From a virus (lineage: Duplodnaviria; Caudoviricetes), in the IMG/VR virus record IMGVR_UViG_3300028586_000742, positions 1-39,074 of that record: 39,074 nucleotides of DNA. One strand, written 5' to 3'. Numbering within the stretch: the first letter of the stretch is position 1; every line of letters begins with the position of its first letter. Below are positions 9,063 through 18,940 of the stretch, piece by piece. A program made the translations under genes and the position numbers. The notes under the pieces were generated by a model that did no database searches, had not been told where the DNA came from, and worked only from the letters and a program-made list of their open reading frames with translations.

Positions 9063-11161
9063 TTACATCAAAAAGAATTCAAGAAATTTTTTGAAGTACA
9101 ATGCTTGCAACTGATGACCTAATTCGTTAAGGTGAACTGATCCGCTACCCGATCTGAACGAAGGCGGCGTTGTCTTAACTGCTTGAGCCGCCAGATCTGC
9201 TGCAGTTGGCACAAAGGCTGGATTAAATAGTAAAGCATCTGAGAGTGCTTGTGGTGAAATCAGATACTGACGGAAGGGGATATACTTTGCACCAAAATTT
9301 AGTTTTAAGAACTTCTCGAGTTCAACAATATAGTCGCCTATTACCGTTCCCGGCTTTTCATTTGGGCCTCGATCTAACACGCCCCAAACGAAGAAATCGC
9401 CTTTAACTACACTGGCAGCTGCCATATACCACCCTTTAACATCATCAATCGTTTGGGTGCCGTCTACGATCAAAGGCTCATTATTAATCCCTTGCCCTAA
9501 GATGGTGATGTTGCTCCATCTTGCTTTACCAGATAACGATACCATGCGTAAAGGCTGCGAACCGGTATTAATGTTTGAAGATATGCTTGTAGCTTTAAAA
9601 CCGTTTGTTTGATGAAGTACGCCGCTTACTTTATTTCCATTTTGAAGATAAAGGTCTACATCAATCTGCACTACCGCACCTGAACGCAGCGGGTTGATGT
9701 CCGGATAGCTTACTGCGACAAATGTATTCGGGATGATCACGCCGCCATTTACGGTAATGTTCGGAAATACTCCACCCATTCGGGCGGTGATTTCTTCAGC
9801 CCTTGCACCTGAAGATCCTAAGTTTATAATAACCACATCAAAGTAATTACCGAATAGAGTAGACCACCTTGTTAGTTCAGGATTGGCTAAATCAGCACCA
9901 AATGTGGTACTATCGCCATAGACAACGATGTATAAAATCGGCTTTTTAGCGGTTGCTCCAATCTGTACACCATCGATGTGTGTGATCGCTGATCCATAGC
10001 TTTCAAGTGGAGCAGCTGTTGCACCAAAATTAGCCATAAAGCTGTTTATGATTGATGCGTTATCAGTGTTCCGTTTTATGTTTATCTGCAAAACAGCAGC
10101 ACCGGATGGAATATCTATTGTTGTAAGCGCGCCATCATACTGAGTTGATCCGGAATTAGCAAGCACGTTTCCAGCTGCATCCAGTATACGCCAATATCTT
10201 CCAGAGGTCATCTGTCCACCAGATATTGTAATCTTTGTGGTGGTATTGTATTTAATAAGAATGTTGGCCATCATCCACCCTACGGCTCCAGATGTGGCTG
10301 TAATTGCTCCAGAGGTGCTCACAAATCGGTCAATCCAAATACCGTTGACGGTGCGGTTGTCTGTAGCAATTGTAGAAACATCTACTAGTTGTTTGCTGTA
10401 GGCAATTGTAAGCTTTGGGATTAAATTGGTAGTCGCCACAGGATTTCCGCCAAGTGTGCTTCCTTCTTTTAAGATCGAAGCCATAATTTCTTTACCCCTT
10501 ACCGAGAAAATTATACCGGGATCATTAAAGTTCAGGTAGGGGAATGCCTTACTACCTTTGTTCACCATAACCGAGTCTTTCGAATTTTCCGGGTCTACTG
10601 GTGCCGTTGACCTTCTTAAGTTGAACTGAAGTACGACGGCCCCAGATGGTCGATTAAAGACCTGTGTTGTTGATGGGATAACACCGAAACTGATTGTATT
10701 GCCTTGCCTGTCCACCCACCTGTAATACTTAGCGCTTGTAGATGGTAGATTAGATACGATTACCTGCTGAACAGAATCATTTAAAAACGGTATGTTGGCA
10801 ACCTGGAAGCCAATCTGTCCAGTTACAATCGCCCCTAGAGAGTTTATGTTTGTATCCTGTAAATAGCCGCTGTTGATGTAATCGGTACCAATCAACAATT
10901 TGGCTTTATCAAAAAGCTGAATGAAATCACTCAGTTGGCTGCTCACATCATTGTACTCAACCAAATCACTATTTACATTAGGCCACCACTTCTCAATGAT
11001 ATAGCCATCCTTTAAAATCCCTACGACTTTACCCCACCTGATATTTACAGGTACGGTGGCTTGGCCTCAGCATCACTGGTATAGGGTCCGAACCACCCGT
11101 CAAGGTTTCCTTGATTTAGCAGTTTAATGGGTTTAGCTACTTCTGTGTAATTAGTTGACAT
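9063..11161 (-). pseudogene. Tail fibre/spike with SGNH/GDSL esterase domain, split by a 1-nt frameshift near 11061 (main ORF 9063..10964)
   Basis: ATG at 11161 overlaps the upstream gene end and gives MSTNY...GWFGPYTSDAEAK then stop at 11045-11047; the shifted frame continues ATVPVNIRWGKVVGI...WW...LVEYN into the 633-aa ORF; SGNH blocks YGDST, NLGSSG, GINN, HLNELGH. Confidence 0.7.
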
Positions 11162-13034
11162 CGGTAATCGTTAAAATGTGATCATGAGAATAAGAGTAGG
11201 CAACATCAAGTGCCATCGTGCGTAACACGTACAGAATGCCATCAACAACAATGTCGACAGGCACGTATTCAGAAGCCACGTTCTCCTGACTGGTGTTATC
11301 AAAAGCGCTTCCCCACTTCTTTGTAAGTTTAGGGTAAGCAACGCTGATGTATTTACTTGGTCCGGTTACAACTGGGATCAGGTAAGCAGCAGCCGGTGCG
11401 CTGTTTGGAAGCGAAAGCACGTCAGCAGCAATAACCGGCCTTGTAAGTGATGGACCAAAATAAATCTGACCAGTGATCCGAACCGGTGGCGGTACAGGTT
11501 TGTAAACGTCACCTTCGGTGTATGATTGATCCTCAAACAGGTACTGGTATTCGAACTTCTGCGCAAACAGGTTATTGCCGTCTTCAATCTCGCCGATGGT
11601 CTTCGATGTAACCCGGATCGGGAGCAGCTTGCCATCGCTAAGTATGTACTTCATTGTAGCGACATAGAACTCCCGGTTCAGGTACAGCAGGGTTTTATTG
11701 GCAATAAATCCGGTGGTGATGGAGAACTTGGTTTGTATCGAACTATTAAAAACAGTTGATGTGCCCTGGCTAATTGCGGTAGGTAAAGAAGAATTCCGAT
11801 CCGCTACAGATTGCACCAGGTCGAACTCTACACTGCCTTTTCCATAAAACATGCGGCTTTCCAGCGCACCCCAGGAATTCCAAAACAAAAAATACTTGTA
11901 AAACTCTTTATAATCGTAATCGAGCAAATAGGAACGCACCTCAGAGATTGCAGCACCACCAGTATTTGAAAGCCAGATTTCAAACTTCTTTACCTTCCTT
12001 GCAGGGAAATCAACTGGGTTAAAGAGCTTATCAAATTGAACGCGGAAACCAATTTTACCACCACGTCCTAGCGTAGTTGATTGCAGTGGTATAGCCGCAA
12101 AGGTTCCATCTGTGAAATAGAACTTGCAATTGATGGTGAGGTTAACCTGATCACGGGTGTTCAGGAAGTACAGGTACTGCGGCTGATCCGTTCTGGTAGA
12201 AACCTCTGCAGGTCCCTGCACCATAAACCGGTCCTTATCTACTGTACCAGGTTTAAGCAATTTCAAAAATGACTGCCGGCCTTTAGCTCGGTAACTTAGT
12301 CCACCGTGCGCCACAATGTAAATGGGTGAATTTGTAAGCTTTTTAATTGTAGCCGGTTGCCCGAAGCTTTCCCCATATTGGAAGAAATATCTTCTGCGGC
12401 TTACATTACAGTTGTAGATGACAGCTTCGGGGATCTCCGGTTCGTACTTATTTAAATCAGCAGTGAGGCGCTGATGAAGTTTATCGCCCAGAACCGCGTT
12501 GACCTTATTCGTGCCGAATTGCAACGGAAGATTCGCAACATACGCTTCGGTGTATCCAGAATCCTGCGGATTTTGCACCATCAGCCGTACATGCACCGTA
12601 TAGTTTTCCTTCAGCTTCGGCAGGCTGCCCGGAGTAGTATTATATCCAAGAACATCATAGTCCCGGCCATCCTGCTTTGCTGTAAGGATGATTTTATTGT
12701 CAGCGGTGGATGTGATGTCGAAGTCAGTCGATAAAATCGGATGATTCTGAAAGTAGGGCAGAGCAGCCAAGGCCGCTTCAGGTGCTTCATTGATCCAAGG
12801 CACATACTGGAATTCACTTCCGCTGTTATCCGGATTTGTTTTGGCGGTCATGATGACCATATTTGTTCCATACTGGATCACGAAGTCGGCAGGCTCAGTC
12901 AATGTCTTTATCCCGATGGTGTTCACCGACTTTACACCCGGAGTTTGCACGAAATCACCGCACTGAAAGCCAGCGTTAATGAAATCAGCAGAAAAAGAAA
13001 TTTCCTCCGGAGGGGAGATCAAAGTTACACTCAT
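11151..13034 (-). CDS. Putative tail tip/baseplate structural protein
   Basis: 627 aa beta-rich protein in the tail module with FLFWNSWGALE motif. Confidence 0.6.
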   Translation of the reverse strand: MSVTLISPPEEISFSADFINAGFQCGDFVQTPGVKSVNTIGIKTLTEPADFVIQYGTNMVIMTAKTNPDNSGSEFQYVPWINEAPEAALAALPYFQNHPILSTDFDITSTADNKIILTAKQDGRDYDVLGYNTTPGSLPKLKENYTVHVRLMVQNPQDSGYTEAYVANLPLQFGTNKVNAVLGDKLHQRLTADLNKYEPEIPEAVIYNCNVSRRRYFFQYGESFGQPATIKKLTNSPIYIVAHGGLSYRAKGRQSFLKLLKPGTVDKDRFMVQGPAEVSTRTDQPQYLYFLNTRDQVNLTINCKFYFTDGTFAAIPLQSTTLGRGGKIGFRVQFDKLFNPVDFPARKVKKFEIWLSNTGGAAISEVRSYLLDYDYKEFYKYFLFWNSWGALESRMFYGKGSVEFDLVQSVADRNSSLPTAISQGTSTVFNSSIQTKFSITTGFIANKTLLYLNREFYVATMKYILSDGKLLPIRVTSKTIGEIEDGNNLFAQKFEYQYLFEDQSYTEGDVYKPVPPPVRITGQIYFGPSLTRPVIAADVLSLPNSAPAAAYLIPVVTGPSKYISVAYPKLTKKWGSAFDNTSQENVASEYVPVDIVVDGILYVLRTMALDVAYSYSHDHILTITDVN

Positions 13035-13040
13035 GGACTG

Positions 13041-13556
13041 TTATGGAATATCTGACCAAGTTCCGGAATCGACGCTCCAACCAAAAGGACAGGTAAACGA
13101 CAGCTGGGTTGTGTATCCGTACCAGTTCAGCTCCACTGGTCCAACCATTCGGATAGGAACATTACTGATTCGGAAAGTGATGGCCTTGCTGGGAACAATC
13201 TTCCCTTTGCGGCAATCCTGTTTTGTACGTCCAACAATTGATTTTATGACCTCAATACAAACCGATCGAATATCCGAGGTTTTGATGCCATCATCCTTTT
13301 TCTGCAGTATGTAAATCTGGAATTCCATAACCTGAACGTGATTTTCTGAATTGTTATCATCCAGTTCGCCTTCACCTGCAACCACAAGCATCACGGTAGA
13401 TCCTGTTGCATAGCGAAGCGCCTCATTAAACGCGTTCAGCTCATCGGGATCCTCAACCTCAAAAAAGGATTGCTGACCATCAAGGTTGTGCGCAATAGTG
13501 CGGTGTGCTATGGCAAGCTTTTCAAAATAGCTGATAAATTGATCTTCGGTTAACAT
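13041..13556 (-). CDS. Hypothetical phage protein (tail terminator-like)
   Basis: 171 aa, translationally coupled within the structural operon; function by context only. Confidence 0.5.
   Translation of the reverse strand: MLTEDQFISYFEKLAIAHRTIAHNLDGQQSFFEVEDPDELNAFNEALRYATGSTVMLVVAGEGELDDNNSENHVQVMEFQIYILQKKDDGIKTSDIRSVCIEVIKSIVGRTKQDCRKGKIVPSKAITFRISNVPIRMVGPVELNWYGYTTQLSFTCPFGWSVDSGTWSDIP
13056..13097 (-). promoter_or_regulatory. Putative late promoter copy 2 (inside the 3' end of a CDS)
   Basis: - strand TTTACCTGTCCTTT-N20-GAACTTGG, 21 nt before the ATG at 13034. Confidence 0.5.
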
Positions 13557-14317
13557 TACTTTTTACGGTTAGATTCTTCAATCTCATCACGCAGATGATC
13601 TAAAAAGAGGTATAAATTGGTTTGCTCCGTTTCCCTGAAGGAACCGAATTTTCCGTTACCACCGGCCACGGTTTTAATTAGCGGGGTGAGATTGGTGAAT
13701 TCTGACTTTTCGCCTTCCTTCCCAGGAATAAAAATGGTGGGGTACCTGGATACCACATGCCGCCTGCAACCTTCGTAATTGAAAAGGATCGCTGCTCTTA
13801 GGTGCTTATCCAGCTTGCGCATCCCTGCCGCATTGCGGATCACATCAATCTCAGTGAAGATCTTGCGCGCATCCTTGCCGTTGTTGTGTTTGGAAGTTGG
13901 CCTGTATAGCACTGCAATCAGCTGATCTAAGAAAGCCTCATTGCCTGTGTGCCGGTACATGTGGTAATAGCTCTCTGCAGCGTTAAACTCTTCGATCGTG
14001 GAAGTGCTCAGGTGATCAGCTGGGCCTTGATACTTTCTCATCAGTCCAACTTTGAACTCCGGATTTAACCAGGCGAAAAGCTTGTTATCCAGCAGGTACT
14101 TGAACTGATCTGCAAGCTGGATCTGCTGTGCTGCATTCAGCTTGAAGTACTCCCGCTTTGGGAGGCTCAAAAACATTGCACTAACAAACATCAAGGCTTT
14201 CTCCGGACCAATGTCTTTCGCGCAGATCTTCATCCAGATGATCAGCTGATCGGCGGTCAGTTCGTGCCATGCCGATGGCGCTTCTTTTAGCACCTCACCA
14301 ATTTGGATCTTGTGCAT
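13556..14317 (-). CDS. Hypothetical phage protein
   Basis: 253 aa, PSAWHELT motif, stop/start overlaps on both sides. Confidence 0.7.
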   Translation of the reverse strand: MHKIQIGEVLKEAPSAWHELTADQLIIWMKICAKDIGPEKALMFVSAMFLSLPKREYFKLNAAQQIQLADQFKYLLDNKLFAWLNPEFKVGLMRKYQGPADHLSTSTIEEFNAAESYYHMYRHTGNEAFLDQLIAVLYRPTSKHNNGKDARKIFTEIDVIRNAAGMRKLDKHLRAAILFNYEGCRRHVVSRYPTIFIPGKEGEKSEFTNLTPLIKTVAGGNGKFGSFRETEQTNLYLFLDHLRDEIEESNRKK

Positions 14318-14895
14318 TATTTGAAAACTTTGGTCACGATATAAGCCAGGATTCCAAGGATTGCTATAAGCTGCCAGCCACTAAAACCTTCCTTTTTATC
14401 CTTTTCAGACAAATCCGCTTTTTCTTCATGCTTGTAGTTGGTGCTATCCTGCTGTTGCTCGCTCGTGGATTTACCGGAGTTTTCCTGCTTCTGCCTCATC
14501 AGTTCCAGCAAAAAGCCTGATTCCCCTGCACGAGCGGCGTTCAACGCTTCGCCCTGGCTATTAAAAGCATTTCGAAGTTCATTGAATTGTGTCTGCATCT
14601 CGATAGCCGCTTTGCGCTGCTCATCGGTAGCGCCAGAGAGATCCGGCATTATCAGCGGCAAAAACGTTTGGGCGGTGGGCTGTGCATTCAGCTTTGCTCT
14701 TGGAAAGTAAATTCTCAGGTACTCGTTGGTGGTGGTTTTGGAAGTATCCACGGAAGCAGTACTGGAAGATGATCCCTGGGCAAGTGAAGTAGAACTTTCG
14801 GTATGGCTTTCCTTCTTTTGCTTCATCACGCTACAACTGCAGATGATCATGGGAATGGCGCAAACCATTAAAACAGATTTTATAAGCTTTTTCAT
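14317..14895 (-). CDS. Lipoprotein with C-terminal TM helix; unimolecular spanin candidate
   Basis: Signal peptide ending ICSC; C-terminal WQLIAILGILAYIVTKVFK; located in the lysis cassette. Confidence 0.6.
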   Translation of the reverse strand: MKKLIKSVLMVCAIPMIICSCSVMKQKKESHTESSTSLAQGSSSSTASVDTSKTTTNEYLRIYFPRAKLNAQPTAQTFLPLIMPDLSGATDEQRKAAIEMQTQFNELRNAFNSQGEALNAARAGESGFLLELMRQKQENSGKSTSEQQQDSTNYKHEEKADLSEKDKKEGFSGWQLIAILGILAYIVTKVFK

Positions 14896-14896
14896 A

Positions 14897-15082
14897 TTAC
14901 AGGGATTTTACTTTGTTGGAAAGTGTTTCCATCTTTTCAGAAAGCTTATCAAGCCTTTCTGGTAATTGCTCATAATGGTTATCCAGTGGAGCAGAATTAA
15001 CAATGGGCGCTGCCGATTTACTAGCAGGCTTGGCTCCTGTAAACAGGAACAAGATGATTAGGAGTGCTGCAAATGCTTTCAT
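14897..15082 (-). CDS. Small secreted/membrane protein in the lysis cassette
   Basis: Hydrophobic N-terminus MKAFAALLIILFLFTGA and short coiled coil. Confidence 0.55.
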   Translation of the reverse strand: MKAFAALLIILFLFTGAKPASKSAAPIVNSAPLDNHYEQLPERLDKLSEKMETLSNKVKSL

Positions 15083-15402
15083 TATTTGAGGTTTTTACGG
15101 TTGTTGAATTGGGTTGTAAGGCTGTCCACCTTATCGGCGCTGGTGATGACCTTGGTTGCAGCTGTATCGACCTTATTTGCGACATCATTCATCCGCTCGG
15201 TCGTGGGCCGCATATACTCTTTTAGTTCTTCAATCTGCTTTTCCTTATCCTTAACCCGATCATTTTGGAGATTAACGAACATAGCGAAGAGGGTAACCAC
15301 TGCCATAGTAAGCAGCGCAAGAAAGAAAGTGATGAAACCCGTTCGGAAGCCACCTGCAATGCCCCAGGTACTGAGCTCTTTTTCGTTTGGATCCATTTCC
15401 AT
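15082..15402 (-). CDS. Single-TM membrane protein, holin-like
   Basis: TM FITFFLALLTMAVVTLFAMFV plus coiled coil, directly after the endolysin. Confidence 0.55.
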   Translation of the reverse strand: MEMDPNEKELSTWGIAGGFRTGFITFFLALLTMAVVTLFAMFVNLQNDRVKDKEKQIEELKEYMRPTTERMNDVANKVDTAATKVITSADKVDSLTTQFNNRKNLK

Positions 15403-15947
15403 TATTTCTTCAATCTTGGATATACATACAGATAGACGTTCAAGCCCTCTTTTGTGAATTGGCGCGTGATGGTGCGTGCCTTAGCAGCTACACGGTCGCC
15501 CTCTCTGCTTCCGGAAGCATTGGTATTACCTTCCACACAGTACATGGTGTTGGTCTTTAGATCCACCTTTTCTACAATCCCAGCGTGCCCTGATGGACCA
15601 TGACCATGGATCCAGTAAACCAGTGCACCAGGTTCAGGTACGGTACCAGTTTCAAAGATTCCAGCTTTGCGCATGTTATCTGCAGATGCTTTTGCACCAG
15701 CATTAAGCTGCTTGTTTACCACGGCAAGTAAATCGCCAGTGAAGAGTTTGCGGAATACCATTTTAACGAAGGTTGCGCACCAGGCATCGCCTTTACGCCA
15801 TCCAGCTGCTGCCATCTCTTTTTCGAATGCTGAATCCACAAATCCGGCATTGCCCTTCTTTTCTAACCTTCCGATGTACCAGCGTGCATATGCGATCAAT
15901 GCTGCAGGCGTAGCTTTCTCGCCCAGTTTAAAACCTTCTATTTTCAT
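15402..15947 (-). CDS. CHAP-domain endolysin
   Basis: AWCATFV (Cys), GHAGIVE (His), VEGNT. Confidence 0.88.
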   Translation of the reverse strand: MKIEGFKLGEKATPAALIAYARWYIGRLEKKGNAGFVDSAFEKEMAAAGWRKGDAWCATFVKMVFRKLFTGDLLAVVNKQLNAGAKASADNMRKAGIFETGTVPEPGALVYWIHGHGPSGHAGIVEKVDLKTNTMYCVEGNTNASGSREGDRVAAKARTITRQFTKEGLNVYLYVYPRLKK

Positions 15948-16909
15948 ATAAAAAATACGTTTTGATAATTGTCGTTGATGTTTATTTGCTCAGGAGTGAT
16001 GTAGCCGAAGTCATCCTTGTGCGAAACCAGATATTTACGCAGGCTTTCAAGGTGCTGCTCAGCGCTCATCTGGTACCGGTTCATTGCAATAGCAAGTCGC
16101 TTGTCACTGGCGGATGATCTGTTTTCCACGTTACCGGAAATACCACCCACAGTTTCGCTCAGCTCAAATATTCCAGATGCATCCATACTCAGCACCATGT
16201 ATGGGATTGCCTCTGCCATAGTGTAGGCAGCAACAGCCTTGCGGACTCTTTTAAGTAACTGTTGCTGCTCAGTAGATAAGCTGTTATTCAAAATAGCCTG
16301 GTGCAGCGCCTCCTTGATGTCGTATCCGAGCACCGGCTCGATGTAGGTCAATTCGATAGTTTCCTGATAGGTGCGAAGCGTTGCGTACAATCGGGCATCC
16401 TGGTTAATGTTTACCCCGGATCCTTGAAACTCCGTAGCAGTATTGATCAGTAGTGCACGGTTTCTCGCGTGCTGAGCACTTTCCTTGTATACTGGAAAGT
16501 CATTAATGTTGTCTTCAAGGAAAGTAACCGCAGTTTCAAGTGCCGCGTATCCTGAAGAGATGTTCTGCTTTTTAAGTGCAATGATCTTCTTATCGGAAGC
16601 AGGTAGCTTCGTGCTGTCTTTTGCTACGTGGATACCCATATCACTGAACTGCACCGCACCCTGATCAGCCCAATAGTAGACCATGAATCCTACAGCAGCT
16701 TTCTGCAGTAGATCCAGCATTCGCTTTTGTTTCAGCGAAGCGGTTTGTTTCGCAGCTACCAGATTTGCAACCTGATCATAGCCGATAGCGTGGTAAATGT
16801 GTCTGTCTAGGCCTTCATTGATGAAAGATTGCAGGTTATCAATTTTTATGTTGCCTGATAGTGCGCTGTTGTGACGTTTAATGTCAAGTATGGTGTCGAG
16901 TAGTGCCAT
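15944..16909 (-). CDS. DUF6712-like protein, probable head-tail adaptor
   Basis: 321 aa helical with two similar halves (IYHAIGYD / IEPVLGYD), directly after the portal. Confidence 0.6.
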   Translation of the reverse strand: MALLDTILDIKRHNSALSGNIKIDNLQSFINEGLDRHIYHAIGYDQVANLVAAKQTASLKQKRMLDLLQKAAVGFMVYYWADQGAVQFSDMGIHVAKDSTKLPASDKKIIALKKQNISSGYAALETAVTFLEDNINDFPVYKESAQHARNRALLINTATEFQGSGVNINQDARLYATLRTYQETIELTYIEPVLGYDIKEALHQAILNNSLSTEQQQLLKRVRKAVAAYTMAEAIPYMVLSMDASGIFELSETVGGISGNVENRSSASDKRLAIAMNRYQMSAEQHLESLRKYLVSHKDDFGYITPEQININDNYQNVFFI

Positions 16910-18267
16910 TATTTTGTAGCAGGTTGAGTGTTTACAGCAATAGAATCTTTAGAGGTTGAGCCTTCGTCGAGGGTTTGCAGATCAACTTCAACCACGGAGA
17001 AGAATAGATTTTGAATACGATCTTTCCACCCGTCGTACATAGCCTTCAGCACCAAAGGTTCGAGGATCACGTCGCGATAAGGTGTAAGGATAGCTGTAGC
17101 GATGTTCATGGCGATCCGTTTATCCGAGCCAGAGCCAGCGTCTTTACCTCTGCCCGGACCATTACCTACTAGTGTAGGATCCACGTTCATTGCTCGCATC
17201 AAGTGTTGCGAAGCTTCTTGCGAATCTTCAAGGTTTTGTCCGTCCTTGAAGCCGCTTTCAATGCTCGTCAGTGTGAATCCAGGAACAGGTTTACCATCGT
17301 TATCGGTAACCATCTCTGTAAGGATGGTTGCACCGGCACCTTCAATGCCGCTCAAACTCGCGCTGATCTCCTTAACCTTAGCTTTTTTCAATTCAAGCTG
17401 CTCATCTCTGCCCAAGGCATCCCAATCTTTATAAGCCGTACGCCAGTAATTTGGATGGATGGTGAGGAGTTTGGCTGCCGATAAAAGGCGCTCCATAAAC
17501 CTGAGCTTCCACTTCGGAATGAGATTCTTGATTTTATACCAGTCGGAATTTATGAATGCAATCCAAGGTGAAAGGGAGTAATAAGCCTTTCCCGGTGAAG
17601 GGTAGTTAACAGGGTAAATGAACCTGGTAAGTTTCGTGTCTGCTTTAAGGTTTTCGATCAGCGATGCATCATAAGGATCTACAACCTTATGTTCCTGGGT
17701 GTATTCATCACCTACCTTGGAATCCGGCCACATTGCCGAAACGTATGCTTTCTCAACTGTGCCGCTTCCATTCATTTTGCCTAGCCTTGTCCAGGCGGCG
17801 TGATGGCAGGATATTGTAGCAATAGACTTTCCGTCTTTGCTCTTGAACATATCTGGAAAGATGTTCTGGAACCAGGTGAAATCCACACATGCTTCCCGCC
17901 AGTACCGTTTCCAGCTGATGCTGGAAAGAAAATCTTTTATTTCCTGATCCTTAACCTCTACAATGTCGAACTTTTTCTTTTCCTCATTCCACACTTCCTG
18001 CATCGCAACAACCTGCTTGCCTTGCAGCAATCGGCCTAGCCAATTGAGCAAAGCACCGAGTTCGGTATCTGCTTCCACTTTCGCGATGGTCTGTTGAGGA
18101 AAGTCGTTCCCTTCACCCCACGGGGAATATTCCAAGCTTCCGGTTTCCTTTGGTCGCGGAGATTTCATCGGAACGGCAGGATCCGGAGTCCACATATCGA
18201 TAATGATATCGTTATAGATCGCTACATCATCCCCGCGGAACTCAAGTTGGTTAACTGTACTACTCAT
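16909..18267 (-). CDS. Portal protein
   Basis: 452 aa; YSPWGEGNDFP, YYSLSPW, VDPTLVG, GSGSDKR motifs; position between terminase and adaptor. Confidence 0.75.
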   Translation of the reverse strand: MSSTVNQLEFRGDDVAIYNDIIIDMWTPDPAVPMKSPRPKETGSLEYSPWGEGNDFPQQTIAKVEADTELGALLNWLGRLLQGKQVVAMQEVWNEEKKKFDIVEVKDQEIKDFLSSISWKRYWREACVDFTWFQNIFPDMFKSKDGKSIATISCHHAAWTRLGKMNGSGTVEKAYVSAMWPDSKVGDEYTQEHKVVDPYDASLIENLKADTKLTRFIYPVNYPSPGKAYYSLSPWIAFINSDWYKIKNLIPKWKLRFMERLLSAAKLLTIHPNYWRTAYKDWDALGRDEQLELKKAKVKEISASLSGIEGAGATILTEMVTDNDGKPVPGFTLTSIESGFKDGQNLEDSQEASQHLMRAMNVDPTLVGNGPGRGKDAGSGSDKRIAMNIATAILTPYRDVILEPLVLKAMYDGWKDRIQNLFFSVVEVDLQTLDEGSTSKDSIAVNTQPATK

Positions 18268-18270
18268 AAA

Positions 18271-18576
18271 TTATAGGGTTGTCTTTAAGCCCATGAACCG
18301 GGTTACCAGCAGGACTTTTATTTTCATTATCCGATTTCCATCCATAGCGCGGATGTTACGGGTGTAATTGGCATGGTGACGTGGATTGTATTTGCGATTG
18401 TTCTTACTCGGTTTCCCAACCAGCACGGCATTTTCCAGCGTGATCTTTTCGCCTCCCGTGTTCCGGGACTGACTGTTAGTTACCCAGGTGATTGAACCGA
18501 AAGGAATGAACTCGCCTTTTGCATCTCGCTGGCTCATTACATTCAACATATCCGGAATTCTGATCATATCATCCAT
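18271..18576 (-). CDS. Hypothetical phage protein
   Basis: 101 aa basic ORF between a late promoter motif and the portal. Confidence 0.7.
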   Translation of the reverse strand: MDDMIRIPDMLNVMSQRDAKGEFIPFGSITWVTNSQSRNTGGEKITLENAVLVGKPSKNNRKYNPRHHANYTRNIRAMDGNRIMKIKVLLVTRFMGLKTTL

Positions 18577-18580
18577 GCAT

Positions 18581-18622
18581 CAAAAATCCCCAGATATACG
18601 CGCGTGCGAAAGGACAGGTAAA
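18581..18622 (-). promoter_or_regulatory. Putative late promoter copy 3
   Basis: - strand TTTACCTGTCCTTT-N20-GATTTTTG, ending 4 nt before the ATG at 18576. Confidence 0.72.
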
Positions 18623-18940
18623 GGGCCCAGGAACTACCTTTTATAAGCACTTACTTTCCTTAAAATTTTCCAGCACATTTCAATGAAGCGGTAAAAACGC
18701 TAATGCGCTCAAAATCAATCACAAAAACCAACATTTAGGAAAGATCACTTACACTGCCACACGATTGACCACGCCACGCACTGAGGGGGAAGGGAAAGCC
18801 CGGGGCCGACTTTGGGGATATATGATAGGGCCTTTTTAGTGCAAAAACCACCTTTAAAGTACCTTGAAGGCAGTTGCACGAGTGAACATAGGGAAAGTAT
18901 CTCACGAGCTTCACATGAGGAAAATTTCTTATCTTCCTGT

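Noticed and set aside
5937-11161. Diversity-generating retroelement or invertase shuffling of tail genes
   Set aside because: No reverse transcriptase, second recombinase or TR/VR pair seen
18812-18940. TTG-start N-terminal extension of the peptidase, and antisense ORF 18745..18993
   Set aside because: Intergenic-like composition; ATG 18941 is the more plausible start
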